64,000 nucleotides of DNA from Candidatus Parcubacteria bacterium (lineage in GTDB: Bacteria > Patescibacteriota > Minisyncoccia > UBA6257 > JAGOQP01): the NCBI GenBank assembly GCA_025999395.1, contig AP024682.1:468680-532679 (forward strand). Reading direction: 5' to 3'. The translations under genes and the position numbers were made by a program. Positions 29,103-40,059 of the stretch are shown here, in pieces (within the stretch, counting starts at the first letter, position 1; every line of letters begins with the position of its first letter). The notes beneath the pieces are model-generated. The model made no database searches. It saw nothing but the letters and a program-made list of their open reading frames with translations, and had not been told where the DNA came from.

Positions 29103-30311
29103 TTAAAAAGAACTGGTTAATTGATAAACTGGAATAATAACCGCTAAAGCGATAATTCCAACAATTAATCCAATTAACATCAACATCACCGGCTCAATAA
29201 AAGAAACCAATGTTTTTACGGAAGATTCAACTTCTTTGGCGTAAAAATCAGCCAGAGTCGCTAAAATATTTTCAATATGGCCTGATTTTTCTGAAACCGC
29301 AATTAAGTTTGAAACTACTTTTGGAAAGAATGGTTCTTTGCGAAAAGCTTCCCCCACCGTTAAACCCCGGGTAATTCCTTCTCGAGAAATTCTTAAAAGA
29401 GCATTCTTTAATTCCGGCAATCCTACTGAATCAGCGGTAATTTCCAACGCCTCAATAATCGGCAAACCCGAACTAAGTAAAGAAGAAAGAGTGGCTGCAA
29501 ATCTTTGAAGAGAAATTTCTTTAAGCACCCGGCTAATCACTGGCAACCTTAAAGCAAGGTTAAAAAGAAATTTTTTCCCTACCAAAGTTTTAAAAAAGAA
29601 AAGAAATCCTCCAAAAATTAAAAGCCCCAACAAAGATAAAATTAAAGCCAGATGATTTCCAATAAAAAGACCAACTGTAAAAACAATTCTTGAGAAAGTA
29701 GGAGGATTCATTCCCCCGGAAAGAAAAACAGTTGCGATTTTAGGCAAAGAAAAGCTTACTAAAAGAACCAAAACCAAAATAGAAGCAAAGAAAAGAATAA
29801 TTGGATAAGTTAAAGATGATTTAATTTTGCTGTTAAGTTCCCTTTCTTTTTCTAAAGAGGTACTCAATTGATCAAAAACTCTTTCTAGGTTTCCCGAAAC
29901 TTCCCCTGCCTTAATAAGATTAACAAAAACCTGAGAAAAAATTTTGGGATAATGAGCAAAAGTAGTATAAAAAGGCTGCCCTTTTTCTAAACTGGAACGC
30001 ACCTCTAGAAGCAAAGATTTAACTGCTGGTTTATCAAAATCTTCTATTAGAATATCAATCGCCTTAAAAAGATCGGTACCTACTTTTAACATCAAGGAAA
30101 GATACTTAGTAATAAAAACTTTGTCCTCAAGAGTAATTTTCTGATGAACCAAGGCACCAACTTGGAAAGAAAATCTTTTAATCGGCTTAATTAAAATAGG
30201 CTTTAATCCCATCGAAGCAACTTTGGCAATTGCTTCAGATGATCCCTGAGCCTCAATTTCTCCTTCGGCTATTCTGCTGTCTGGGCGAACTGCTTTATAA
30301 TAAAAACGCAT
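29103..30311 (-). CDS. pilC: Type IV pilus inner-membrane platform protein (PilC/GspF)
   Basis: AGEVSGNLE, SSLTYPII, LSSGLPIIEAL, EKSGHIE, FIEPVM. Confidence 0.94.
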   Translation of the reverse strand: MRFYYKAVRPDSRIAEGEIEAQGSSEAIAKVASMGLKPILIKPIKRFSFQVGALVHQKITLEDKVFITKYLSLMLKVGTDLFKAIDILIEDFDKPAVKSLLLEVRSSLEKGQPFYTTFAHYPKIFSQVFVNLIKAGEVSGNLERVFDQLSTSLEKERELNSKIKSSLTYPIILFFASILVLVLLVSFSLPKIATVFLSGGMNPPTFSRIVFTVGLFIGNHLALILSLLGLLIFGGFLFFFKTLVGKKFLFNLALRLPVISRVLKEISLQRFAATLSSLLSSGLPIIEALEITADSVGLPELKNALLRISREGITRGLTVGEAFRKEPFFPKVVSNLIAVSEKSGHIENILATLADFYAKEVESSVKTLVSFIEPVMLMLIGLIVGIIALAVIIPVYQLTSSF

Positions 30312-30378
30312 AATTTTATTTTTTGATTAAATTTTTAATTGGCAATTTCAAAAAATCAACTAATAACTATTTAAAAAA

Positions 30379-32091
30379 TTATTCCCGAATTACTCTCAAG
30401 ACTTCTTCAATGGTAGTTTGCCCCAAAGAGGCTTTCCTTAATCCATCTTCAAACATTGTAACCATTCCATTCTTTTTAGCAGCCATTGTTAAAAGGTCTA
30501 AAGAAAAATCTGGGCTAACAATAATCTTTCTAATATCTTCATTTACCTCAAGTAATTCAAAAATACCCATTCTTCCTCGATAACCAGTTCCCCCACAAGA
30601 TTTACAACCTTTCCCTCGATAAAGAACTCGAGGAATATTTGAATCAGGTAAGTTTAGACTTTTTATTTGTGTTCTTAAAGAATGAAGGAAATCTTCCGAA
30701 GGAGAAAAAGACTCGATACAATCAAGACAAATTTTTCTTACCAAGCGTTGTGCCAAAACCATATTTAAAACCGCCGCTACCAAAAAAGGGGGAATTCCCA
30801 TATCAATTAACCGCGGAACAGCGGTGGGAGCATCGTTGGTATGAAGAGATGACAAAAGTAAATGTCCAGTTAAGGCCGCATTAACAGCAATTTCAGCGGT
30901 TTCTTGGTCTCTAATTTCTCCTACCATAATAATGTTTGGGTCTTGCCTTAAAATAGAACGCAACCCCGAAGCAAAAGTGATTCCCGCCAAAGGATTAATC
31001 TGCACCTGATTGATATACTTGATGTTATATTCAATCGGATCTTCGATAGTAACAATGTTTACTTCCGGCCGATTCAACATATTTAAAATAGAATACAAAG
31101 TAGTAGTTTTTCCCGAACCCGTGGGCCCAGTTACCAAAATCATCCCGTAAGTTTTTTTAATATTTTCCTCTACTATCTTTGCCGTCTCTTCGGTCATTCC
31201 TAACTCAATTAAAGAAAGAGGTCTTTGAGTAGCGGGAAGAAGCCTTAAAACAATTTTTTCTCCATACAAAGTGGGAATTACTGAAACTCTGACATCAATT
31301 ACCGTTGATCCGACTTTATAACGAAAGCGTCCGTCTTGGGGTTTTTGGTGTTCATCTACTTTTAAGGAAGCTAAAAGTTTGATGCGAGCAACAATGGCTG
31401 GATGAACTTCTTTAGGAATCTGAAAAACTTCGTGTAAAATTCCATCAATTCGAAAACGCACTAAAATACTATCCTCCATAGCTTCTAGATGAATATCGGA
31501 AGTGTTTAAAGAAGAAGCGTAAGAAAGAGTGTTATTAACAATTTCTACTATTGGAAGCTGAGTAGCCGCTTCTTCTTCTTTAGAAGCGCTAATTTTCCTC
31601 TCCAAAGAAGCTTTGATATTTTCTTCAATTAAACGTTTGAAATCTTGAGTCAGCTGAGAACCATAAGCGGAAAAACCAAAGGCTAAATCATCATCAGAGG
31701 CCAAAAAAGGTCTAATTTTGGAAGATAGTTTTTTTTCTAAAAATTCTATAGTTATTAAATCGGTTGGATCTGCCATTGCCAAATCGATTGTTCCGTCTCC
31801 TTCTTGAGCAAAAGCGATAACATTTTTTTCTCGAGCAAATTTTTCTTCAATTTTATAAAGAACCTCTCGATTAATTCCTCGATACCTTAAATTAGCCAAT
31901 TCTACCCCAAAAAAATTAGAAGCTAAATGAAGTAGAAAATCCTTAGTAACAAATCCTTTAGAAATCAAAACATCTCCTAAATCTTGATTCATTCGGCGCG
32001 CTTCTTCTAAAGCTTGGTTGAAATCTTCTTCCTCAATTAATCCTTGTTCTAAAAGAAAAGTTTTAAGTTTTTGAGAAGGAATGGGTACCAT
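30379..32091 (-). CDS. pilB: Type IV pilus assembly ATPase (PilB/GspE)
   Basis: SDIHLE, PQDGR, GPTGSGKTTTLY, TIEDPIEY, LRQDPNIIMVGEIRD, CxxC pairs, GYRGRMGIFE. Confidence 0.96.
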   Translation of the reverse strand: MVPIPSQKLKTFLLEQGLIEEEDFNQALEEARRMNQDLGDVLISKGFVTKDFLLHLASNFFGVELANLRYRGINREVLYKIEEKFAREKNVIAFAQEGDGTIDLAMADPTDLITIEFLEKKLSSKIRPFLASDDDLAFGFSAYGSQLTQDFKRLIEENIKASLERKISASKEEEAATQLPIVEIVNNTLSYASSLNTSDIHLEAMEDSILVRFRIDGILHEVFQIPKEVHPAIVARIKLLASLKVDEHQKPQDGRFRYKVGSTVIDVRVSVIPTLYGEKIVLRLLPATQRPLSLIELGMTEETAKIVEENIKKTYGMILVTGPTGSGKTTTLYSILNMLNRPEVNIVTIEDPIEYNIKYINQVQINPLAGITFASGLRSILRQDPNIIMVGEIRDQETAEIAVNAALTGHLLLSSLHTNDAPTAVPRLIDMGIPPFLVAAVLNMVLAQRLVRKICLDCIESFSPSEDFLHSLRTQIKSLNLPDSNIPRVLYRGKGCKSCGGTGYRGRMGIFELLEVNEDIRKIIVSPDFSLDLLTMAAKKNGMVTMFEDGLRKASLGQTTIEEVLRVIRE

Positions 32092-32195
32092 ATAATGAAA
32101 AGTATTTTCTTTCTGTACTTTTTATTTTAACACAAATTTAGGCTTAAAAAAACAAATTGCCAAGATTTTTGTTTAAAATTAGATGAAATAAAAAA

Positions 32196-32222
32196 GAAAA
32201 CGCCTTTCAAAAGGCGCTTTCT
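32196..32222 (-). terminator. Terminator after the major pilin
   Basis: GCGCCTTT...AAAGGCGT hairpin followed by a T-tract on the minus strand. Confidence 0.65.
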
Positions 32223-32248
32223 AAAAAAGAGTTGAGCAAACTTTACAA

Positions 32249-32794
32249 CTATAAGTCTAATCCCGGCTCCGTTCCAACTTCATAAATGGTGGTAGAATTG
32301 CCACCGTCGTTTCCTTCTTTGTCATTTGTTCCACCAGAAGAATATTTGGCACTTTCTAAATCAGCGTTTAATTCAAAAGTTAAATTTGTTGCATCTGCAT
32401 CCCATGCATAATGATAAGTACCATCATTTATTGGATCTCTAGGCCACGCAGAAATGGGTGGTGGAGGACTTGTCATTGCTGTTAAATCGACTCCTACCCA
32501 ACCATTATTAATAGCAAAACCCCTAGTTGAACAAGTTCCAACTAAACTATAACAACTTCCAGTAGCAGAAGCAAAAGGACCGGATGTCAAAGTAGGATTT
32601 GAAACTGTCGAAAGATACAAAGCAACCACACTTTTCACAGTATCTAAATCAGACATTCTTTGAACATCACGCGCTTGTCTTAGCAATTCCGCTGGGTTAA
32701 GTACTACTACCACTGCAGCTGCCAAGATGGCCAAGATACCAATAACTACCAACAATTCTACCAAAGTGAAACCCTTTTTATTTTCTTGATTCAT
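32249..32794 (-). CDS. Type IV major pilin candidate
   Basis: KKG-FTLVELLVVIGILAIL canonical prepilin; short; has its own promoter and terminator; lies upstream of pilB. Confidence 0.9.
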   Translation of the reverse strand: MNQENKKGFTLVELLVVIGILAILAAAVVVVLNPAELLRQARDVQRMSDLDTVKSVVALYLSTVSNPTLTSGPFASATGSCYSLVGTCSTRGFAINNGWVGVDLTAMTSPPPPISAWPRDPINDGTYHYAWDADATNLTFELNADLESAKYSSGGTNDKEGNDGGNSTTIYEVGTEPGLDL

Positions 32795-32960
32795 AGTTTT
32801 TTCAACTTAAATTAATTTTAATGAATTATAAATTAAAAAAAATAGAAAAATAAAATTAAATAAATTATCGACCCCAAAACTAAAACACTCCCTTAAACAT
32901 TATAAAAAAATAGAAAAAAAATCAAAAAAAATCTGTTGATAACTTAACTAAAAATTAAAA

Positions 32961-33365
32961 CTAAGAAGGATTGAGGAAACTTAAAATGTTGGTTACTAAA
33001 TCGTCAATTGAGGTTTTAGCTTTAATAAAGTACTCAATCGCCCCCAGTTCTTGTCCTTTGGCTACATCTTCCGGCTGCCCCAAATTAGAAATAATAATAA
33101 TAGGAGCGCTGTTAAGTTGAGGATCTTGTCTAATTTCTTCCATCACTTCAAAACCTGATTTCTTGGGTAAAATTAAATCAAGCAAAATCAAATCTGGTTT
33201 GGTGCTGGTTTGAAGAAAAGAGATTGCCTCCTGACCATCTTTGGCATGAATTACCTCTATCCCTTCTCGGCTAAACCGATTTTTCAAAAGAGAAGAAAGA
33301 AACGGATCATCTTCTACCAAAAGAATTTTTTTATTTCCCTTTGTTGCTTCCATTGTTGTTTCCAT
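32961..33365 (-). CDS. Single-domain response regulator (receiver only)
   Basis: ILLVEDD, PDLILLDLILP (phospho-Asp), ISN, YFIK. Confidence 0.92.
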   Translation of the reverse strand: METTMEATKGNKKILLVEDDPFLSSLLKNRFSREGIEVIHAKDGQEAISFLQTSTKPDLILLDLILPKKSGFEVMEEIRQDPQLNSAPIIIISNLGQPEDVAKGQELGAIEYFIKAKTSIDDLVTNILSFLNPS

Positions 33366-33399
33366 ATGGTTGAATTATATCAGTAACTCTTACAAAAAA

Positions 33400-33426
33400 C
33401 AACACCACCTTAAAAGGGTGGTGTTA
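33400..33426 (-). terminator. Terminator of the stand-alone 16S transcript
   Basis: AACACCACC-CTTTTAA-GGTGGTGTT hairpin followed by GTTTTTT on the minus strand. Confidence 0.8.
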
Positions 33427-33440
33427 TTAACCTTTACATC

Positions 33441-33468
33441 CCTTAAAAACTTTTTCGGTTGTCCCTTG
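33441..33468 (-). other. 3' arm of the 16S precursor processing stem
   Basis: CAAGGGACAACCGAAAAAGTTTTTAAGG is complementary (with G-U pairs) to leader CCTTGAAAATTTTTTTGGTTGTCCCTTG at 35203-35230. Confidence 0.8.
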
Positions 33469-33559
33469 AGACATCCTGCTTATAAAGCAAGATGGGTCGA
33501 AACTTGAGGATCCTCGACCAACTCCTCGACGTCAAAGACGCCATCGACGTAACAAAAAT

Positions 33560-35104
<1,545 letters not shown>

Positions 35105-35197
35105 GTCGCCAACTTAACACTGACTTAACGCTGACCGACGCCGACAAAATTAAATGTCCGCGTAAGTCCGCGTCCAGTCCGCGCTTGTTAGCGACTC
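35105..35197 (-). repeat. Long imperfect hairpin built from 3x GCGGAC-type units in the 16S leader
   Basis: + strand GTCCGCG x3 (35156-35183) faces CTGAC/CCGAC units (35120-35145); closed by GTCGCCAAC/GTTAGCGAC. Confidence 0.7.
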
Positions 35198-35202
35198 TTA
35201 GA

Positions 35203-35235
35203 CAAGGGACAACCAAAAAAATTTTCAAGGTGCTT
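35203..35235 (-). promoter_or_regulatory. boxA-like antitermination site and 5' arm of the 16S processing stem
   Basis: GCACCTTGAAAA resembles rrn boxA; the arm pairs with 33441-33468. Confidence 0.6.
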
Positions 35236-35250
35236 TCAGAAGCAAAAATA

Positions 35251-35278
35251 AGTATAGCAAAGAACTTAAAGGTGTCAA
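35251..35278 (-). promoter_or_regulatory. 16S rRNA sigma70 promoter
   Basis: TTGACA-16 nt-TATACT with extended -10 TG; 16-nt spacing is typical of rrn promoters. Confidence 0.85.
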
Positions 35279-35371
35279 GAAATAGAGTAAAAAAATGCCT
35301 TTAAAAAATTAATTGAAAAATTTAACTTGCTTTTAAAAATTTCATCAAAATTACTTATTTTAAAAAACTAT

Positions 35372-35400
35372 TTGACTTTAAATTACTTTCTTGTATTATT
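35372..35400 (+). promoter_or_regulatory. Putative promoter of rpmE-prfA
   Basis: TTGACT followed at promoter-like spacing by TATTAT. Confidence 0.5.
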
Positions 35401-35432
35401 TTTAAGAAGTTTTTAAGTAAATTTTTTATTTT

Positions 35433-35702
35433 ATGAAGAAAGATATCCATCCTACCTATTATCCAGACGCCAAAGTAGTTTGCGCTTGCGGAAATACTTT
35501 CACTGTTGGCTCAACCAAAAAGGAAATTAAAGTTGAAATTTGCTATGCTTGCCATCCTGCTTACACTGGAAAAGAAAAATTGATTGATACCGCTGGCCGA
35601 GTAGAAAAATTTAAAGCTAAAAGAGAAAAGGCAGCCAAAGTTACTACCCGAAAAAAGTCAGAAAAAAGAGCCGCTAAAAAAGTAAAGAAAGAGAAAAAGT
35701 AG
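35433..35702 (+). CDS. rpmE: 50S ribosomal protein L31
   Basis: [34 protein letters not shown]. Confidence 0.97.
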   Translation: MKKDIHPTYYPDAKVVCACGNTFTVGSTKKEIKVEICYACHPAYTGKEKLIDTAGRVEKFKAKREKAAKVTTRKKSEKRAAKKVKKEKK

Positions 35703-35755
35703 CTCTTCGAAAAAATTCATTTTAAAACAAGTTTTAAACTTGGTTTTTTGCTTTT

Positions 35756-36490
35756 ATGGAAACAATCAACAAAATTGTTATAGAAATTCGAGCGGGCGCG
35801 GGAGGAGATGAAGCAGCAATTTTTGCGGGCGATCTGGTTAATATGTATCAAAAATATTCCCAAAAGAAGGGGTGGAAATTTACGGTTCTTGATTTTAATA
35901 AAACCTCTTTGGGTGGCTATAAAACTTTCATTGGTAAAATAGAAGGTCAAGGAGTTTATGACGAACTCAAGCAAGAATCGGGCGTTCATCGCGTTCAAAG
36001 AATTCCTAAAACTGAAAAATCAGGCCGCATTCACACTTCCACCGCCTCCGTAGCTATTTTACCGATCGTCGAACCAAAAGAGATTCAAATCAATGAAAAC
36101 GATTTAGAAATTACCTTCTCCCGCGCCGGAGGGCCCGGAGGACAAAATGTTAACAAAGTAGAAACTGCCGTCAGAATTCTTCACAAACCCACCGGGATTG
36201 TAGTCTCTTCTCGGGAAGAACGTTCTCAACACGCTAATCGAGAAAGAGCCTTAGAAATTTTAAGAGCTAAACTTTATGAAATTCAAAGAGAAGAACAGGA
36301 AGGAAAACTAACCGCTGAAAGGCGAGCTCAAATTGGCTCTGGTGAGCGCTCCGAAAAAATCAGAACCTATAACTTTCCCGAAGACAGAATTACCGACCAT
36401 CGAATTGGCAAAAAATTCCACAACATTGAAAAAATTTTAGACGGCGATTTAGAGCCAATAATTGAAGCTTTCAAAAATCAAAGAAAATAA
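35756..36490 (+). CDS. prfA: Peptide chain release factor 1, lacking N-terminal domain 1
   Basis: [28 protein letters not shown] (PxT), [30 protein letters not shown]; follows rpmE. Confidence 0.92.
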   Translation: METINKIVIEIRAGAGGDEAAIFAGDLVNMYQKYSQKKGWKFTVLDFNKTSLGGYKTFIGKIEGQGVYDELKQESGVHRVQRIPKTEKSGRIHTSTASVAILPIVEPKEIQINENDLEITFSRAGGPGGQNVNKVETAVRILHKPTGIVVSSREERSQHANRERALEILRAKLYEIQREEQEGKLTAERRAQIGSGERSEKIRTYNFPEDRITDHRIGKKFHNIEKILDGDLEPIIEAFKNQRK

Positions 36491-36500
36491 GTCGCCAATT

Positions 36501-37976
36501 TTACCCCTCCAAAACATTGATATCTTCTTGAAATTCTTGTGCTCGGGAAATAACTCGAGCACCATAACTATTTAAATAGTACTGCCATCTCCCCCCGGCA
36601 TAATATCTAGCAGCCGCTACTTTTTCATCATACAAAGAAGCTCCTTTACCCGCTCCTGCGTTTTTCAAATAAAGCGCGGTTGCCATAAAAGCATCCAAAT
36701 TATTCCAAGGAGAGGGAGGATTGTGGCCGGTTAAAGCTGCAATTTGAGATTCATACTTCATCCAAGTAGAAGGAATAAATTGAGCTGGTCCCATTCCTCC
36801 ACCGTAAGCTCCATCAGCCGGAATTGGACAGGAAACCATTACACTTTCGGGATTTAAGCCTAATTTAGAGGTTATTTGCAAAAACAAAGGAATGTCTCGA
36901 GTGGGATGCATAGTTGTAGGATTGCTTGCTTTGGCTGGATAATAAGGGTTGACATTGTATTTGCACTGGCCAACATTTCTTCCCAAAGCTGATTCTCTAT
37001 CCAAAACCGCCAAAATAAGAGCCGCTCTCACCCCGGTTGCCTCCGAGGCTACTTTGGCTAATTTATAAGCCTCTCCAAAAGAAAGCTCACCGCCACCGAT
37101 CAATTCGTAAATTCTACTTCTAATTTGAGCAGCGGTTTTTCTTTTTTCTTTCAAAATTTCTTGATATTTGGCTTCTTGACCTTTGGTTAGAGTAAGCAGT
37201 TCTTTCTTTTGAGCTTCTGTTTTCTTAATTGATTCTCTTTGGCTTTCCTGATAAGCCTTTAATTGAGAAACATCGTTGTATTCTTCTGCTAAAGCTTCTT
37301 TTTGATCTAACAAATTATTCTTTAAATCAATAATCTTTTCCAAAGTTACTCTTAAATTATCCTGAACCGCTATTAAATTATTTATATTAAAAAAGAAGTC
37401 AGAAATTTTGGGATTAGTAGCCATCATTTCAATAACACTCACCTGTTCACTTTCATAAATATCCTGAAGAATAGAAGCTAAATATTTCTTATTTTTTAAA
37501 ATTTCGCCCTCGGTTTGAGTAATCTTATCTTTGGTAAGATTAATTTCTTTATCTAATTTTTCTAAGCTAAGATTGATCGCTTTAATTTGAAGATTAAGTT
37601 TAGCAATTTTAGCATTCAAAGCCTTAATCTCCGATTCTAAAGTTTTTCCTTGTTTTTGATACTGAGAGACGGTGTTCTCGTATTCAGCAATTTGTTTTTC
37701 TAGTTCCTTAAGTTGAGCTTCCAATTCCGCTCTTTCTGCTTCTTTATTTGAAGCCGCCATTAAAAATTTAGTATTAATCGGAGCATAAGCCGAGCTTAAG
37801 ATAAAAGAAAACACCGAAAGAGAAATAGCAAAAAAAACTGAGATTTTCTTCAGCGGAAGAACAATTTTTTTAGAAGAAAGAAAAATAGTTCTTGAAAAAG
37901 AAGGGTGAGCTTTTGCTGAATTTCTCTTATTCGGATAAATATCCCAAAACTTTCTGTGATAAGGATTAGAATTCAT
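36501..37976 (-). CDS. Coiled-coil protein with a C-terminal lytic transglycosylase-like domain; start uncertain
   Basis: TM/signal segment, long coiled coil (PcsB/CwlO-like), ILAVLDRES (catalytic Glu), GGMGPAQFIPSTW, ATALYL, AARYYAG. Confidence 0.8.
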   Translation of the reverse strand: MNSNPYHRKFWDIYPNKRNSAKAHPSFSRTIFLSSKKIVLPLKKISVFFAISLSVFSFILSSAYAPINTKFLMAASNKEAERAELEAQLKELEKQIAEYENTVSQYQKQGKTLESEIKALNAKIAKLNLQIKAINLSLEKLDKEINLTKDKITQTEGEILKNKKYLASILQDIYESEQVSVIEMMATNPKISDFFFNINNLIAVQDNLRVTLEKIIDLKNNLLDQKEALAEEYNDVSQLKAYQESQRESIKKTEAQKKELLTLTKGQEAKYQEILKEKRKTAAQIRSRIYELIGGGELSFGEAYKLAKVASEATGVRAALILAVLDRESALGRNVGQCKYNVNPYYPAKASNPTTMHPTRDIPLFLQITSKLGLNPESVMVSCPIPADGAYGGGMGPAQFIPSTWMKYESQIAALTGHNPPSPWNNLDAFMATALYLKNAGAGKGASLYDEKVAAARYYAGGRWQYYLNSYGARVISRAQEFQEDINVLEG

Positions 37977-38071
37977 AAATAAAAAGAGGATAAAAAATCA
38001 AAATCACTTATCAATCATCAAAGATAAGCTCCTATTTATTATATCAGAAACGAGATGATTCCAAAACAAAA

Positions 38072-38728
38072 TTAAGAAGTTTCCTTTTTCTCCTCCTTCT
38101 TTTCGATCTCCGAACTTGAAGCTGGCTTTTCTTTTTCTTCTTCAGGAGTTTCTGCTTCTTCCTTTTCTTTCTCCTCCTCTACTCGACGCTCTACTACTGT
38201 TGCTAAAACTGTCTCTGGATCGGCCAATACTCGCACTCCTTCTGGAATAGAAATATCTTTTAAGTGAATACTTTTATGAATTTCGTCTAATAAAGAAAGG
38301 TCTACCGTCAAATGCGAAGGAATTCGAGAAGGTAAAGCTTCTACCTCCAACCTTTCTACTGCTTTTACTAAAATTCCTCCTTTTTCCTTAACAGCGGGAG
38401 AAACTCCCTCAAAGTGAAGAGGAACATGAGAAGTAACTTTTCTATCCATTCTCACCTGATAAAAATCAATATGAATAACTTCTTTCCCTAATAAATCTTT
38501 GCTTATCTCATGAATGATCACCTGATAAGTTTTTCCTTCTACCCTTAAATCAACCAAGGAGCTTTCTCCCGCTTCTTCAAAGACAGAATAAAATTCTTTG
38601 GCAGGAACCATTAAGTGAAGGTTTTCTACTCCCGGCCCATAAAGTTCAGCTGGGATAAAACCTTGTTTGAGAAGATTCTTAACCTTTTTCCCAAAAATTT
38701 CTCTTATTTGAGCATTTAATTGAGGCAT
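38072..38728 (-). CDS. rplY: 50S ribosomal protein L25/general stress protein Ctc
   Basis: IPAELYG, IHIDFYQV, VPLHFEG, PAVKEKGGIL, acidic tail. Confidence 0.95.
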   Translation of the reverse strand: MPQLNAQIREIFGKKVKNLLKQGFIPAELYGPGVENLHLMVPAKEFYSVFEEAGESSLVDLRVEGKTYQVIIHEISKDLLGKEVIHIDFYQVRMDRKVTSHVPLHFEGVSPAVKEKGGILVKAVERLEVEALPSRIPSHLTVDLSLLDEIHKSIHLKDISIPEGVRVLADPETVLATVVERRVEEEKEKEEAETPEEEKEKPASSSEIEKKEEKKETS

Positions 38729-38815
38729 ATAAAAAAGCTATCATAAACCAAAAAAAGAGGCAAGATTTGGATAATTTAAAGCAAAAAATATGAAAACTTT
38801 GGTTATTCCAAAAAT

Positions 38816-40021
38816 CTACTTATAAGAAACTTCAACGCTATCAATCCACAACCGTCCTTCACTGCCAGCATGTCCGTAAAGATAAAGAGAGACATTGTGA
38901 CTATTAAGCTCCCAATCACTATCAATAGTAAATTCTTGGCTGACTTCTTCCCATCGATTAGCTCTACTTAAACTTTTGGTTACAATTGCTGTTCCAAAAG
39001 TATAAACTCCAGAAGCGTTTGACCAGTGATAAAGGCCAAAATAAGTAGGTTTTCCGGTAGTACTGACTTTTGCCATAAATCTAACTTTTACTTTAGTGCC
39101 ATTCGTCCATCCTAAAGATATTCCCGGCGTAGAAAAAGTTTGAGCAAATCCTAACCATCGATGACAATACCCGTAGGTACAATTTTCATCTATATATTCC
39201 AATCCGCCGCTATTTTTTATTCCTCCTGTAGAAGTAGCGTGAGCATGATAGCCAACCGAAGGATTGGTCACTCCAGAATTATAACCAGAACTAAAACCAT
39301 TAGTAGGCCGATAAGTTCCGTTTAAGTTTACATCCCAGCCGGGAGTATAAGGAGTAGTTAGATCATTAACAGAAGAATTAATAACAATATTTTCGTTTTT
39401 ATAAAAAGACAAATTATCTCCTTTTTCATAAGAGTAATCACTAATTCCCCCATCGCTTGACGAAATTTCTTTATCCCCTCCGGGTTTATAATCAAAGCTT
39501 TCGAAGTTTTTTGCTCCTACCACAAATTTTCCCGCTCCATCAGTCGCATAGAAATAATAAAGGTTTTCAGTATCAGAATTAGTTGGGTCAATCGGTAAAG
39601 AAGAAGCCCCCAGCGAAGATAAACCGTCTGTCAAGTTAATAGGAATCCAACCAGTGCTATCAATTTTTAAAAGATTAGCCGAAGAAACACATCGATAACT
39701 CCACCCCGAAGGCAATTTTGGAAGATTTAGATCAGAACAATTTTGATTAGCCGAAGGAAGAGAAAGGTAAAGAGTATTTGCACTTCCCAAAGAAAGAGCC
39801 CGGTTGCCTTTGTATTTATAGTTAGAAATTAAAAGAGCTAACTGATTAATATCAGCAATTCTTTTAGAATCTCTGGCTCTTTTAAAATACTCAACGGGAT
39901 TAAGAACAAGTACTACCGCTGAAAACAAAATAGACAAAATTCCAATCACTACCAAAATTTCAACCAGAGTGAAAGATTTATTCGAATTAAAAAAATTTCT
40001 TGTTTTAATAAATCCCCCCAT
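38816..40021 (-). CDS. Type IV pilin-like protein with a C-terminal CBM/galactose-binding-like domain
   Basis: KS-FTLVEILVVIGIL...LNPVEYFKRARD; pilin body LPSGWSYRCV...GWIPINL...LPIDPTN; C-terminal beta-sandwich ending LWIDSVEV. Confidence 0.82.
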   Translation of the reverse strand: MGGFIKTRNFFNSNKSFTLVEILVVIGILSILFSAVVLVLNPVEYFKRARDSKRIADINQLALLISNYKYKGNRALSLGSANTLYLSLPSANQNCSDLNLPKLPSGWSYRCVSSANLLKIDSTGWIPINLTDGLSSLGASSLPIDPTNSDTENLYYFYATDGAGKFVVGAKNFESFDYKPGGDKEISSSDGGISDYSYEKGDNLSFYKNENIVINSSVNDLTTPYTPGWDVNLNGTYRPTNGFSSGYNSGVTNPSVGYHAHATSTGGIKNSGGLEYIDENCTYGYCHRWLGFAQTFSTPGISLGWTNGTKVKVRFMAKVSTTGKPTYFGLYHWSNASGVYTFGTAIVTKSLSRANRWEEVSQEFTIDSDWELNSHNVSLYLYGHAGSEGRLWIDSVEVSYK

Positions 40022-40059
40022 TTATTTTTTTTAAAAAAAAATCGGCTTTAAAGATTAAA

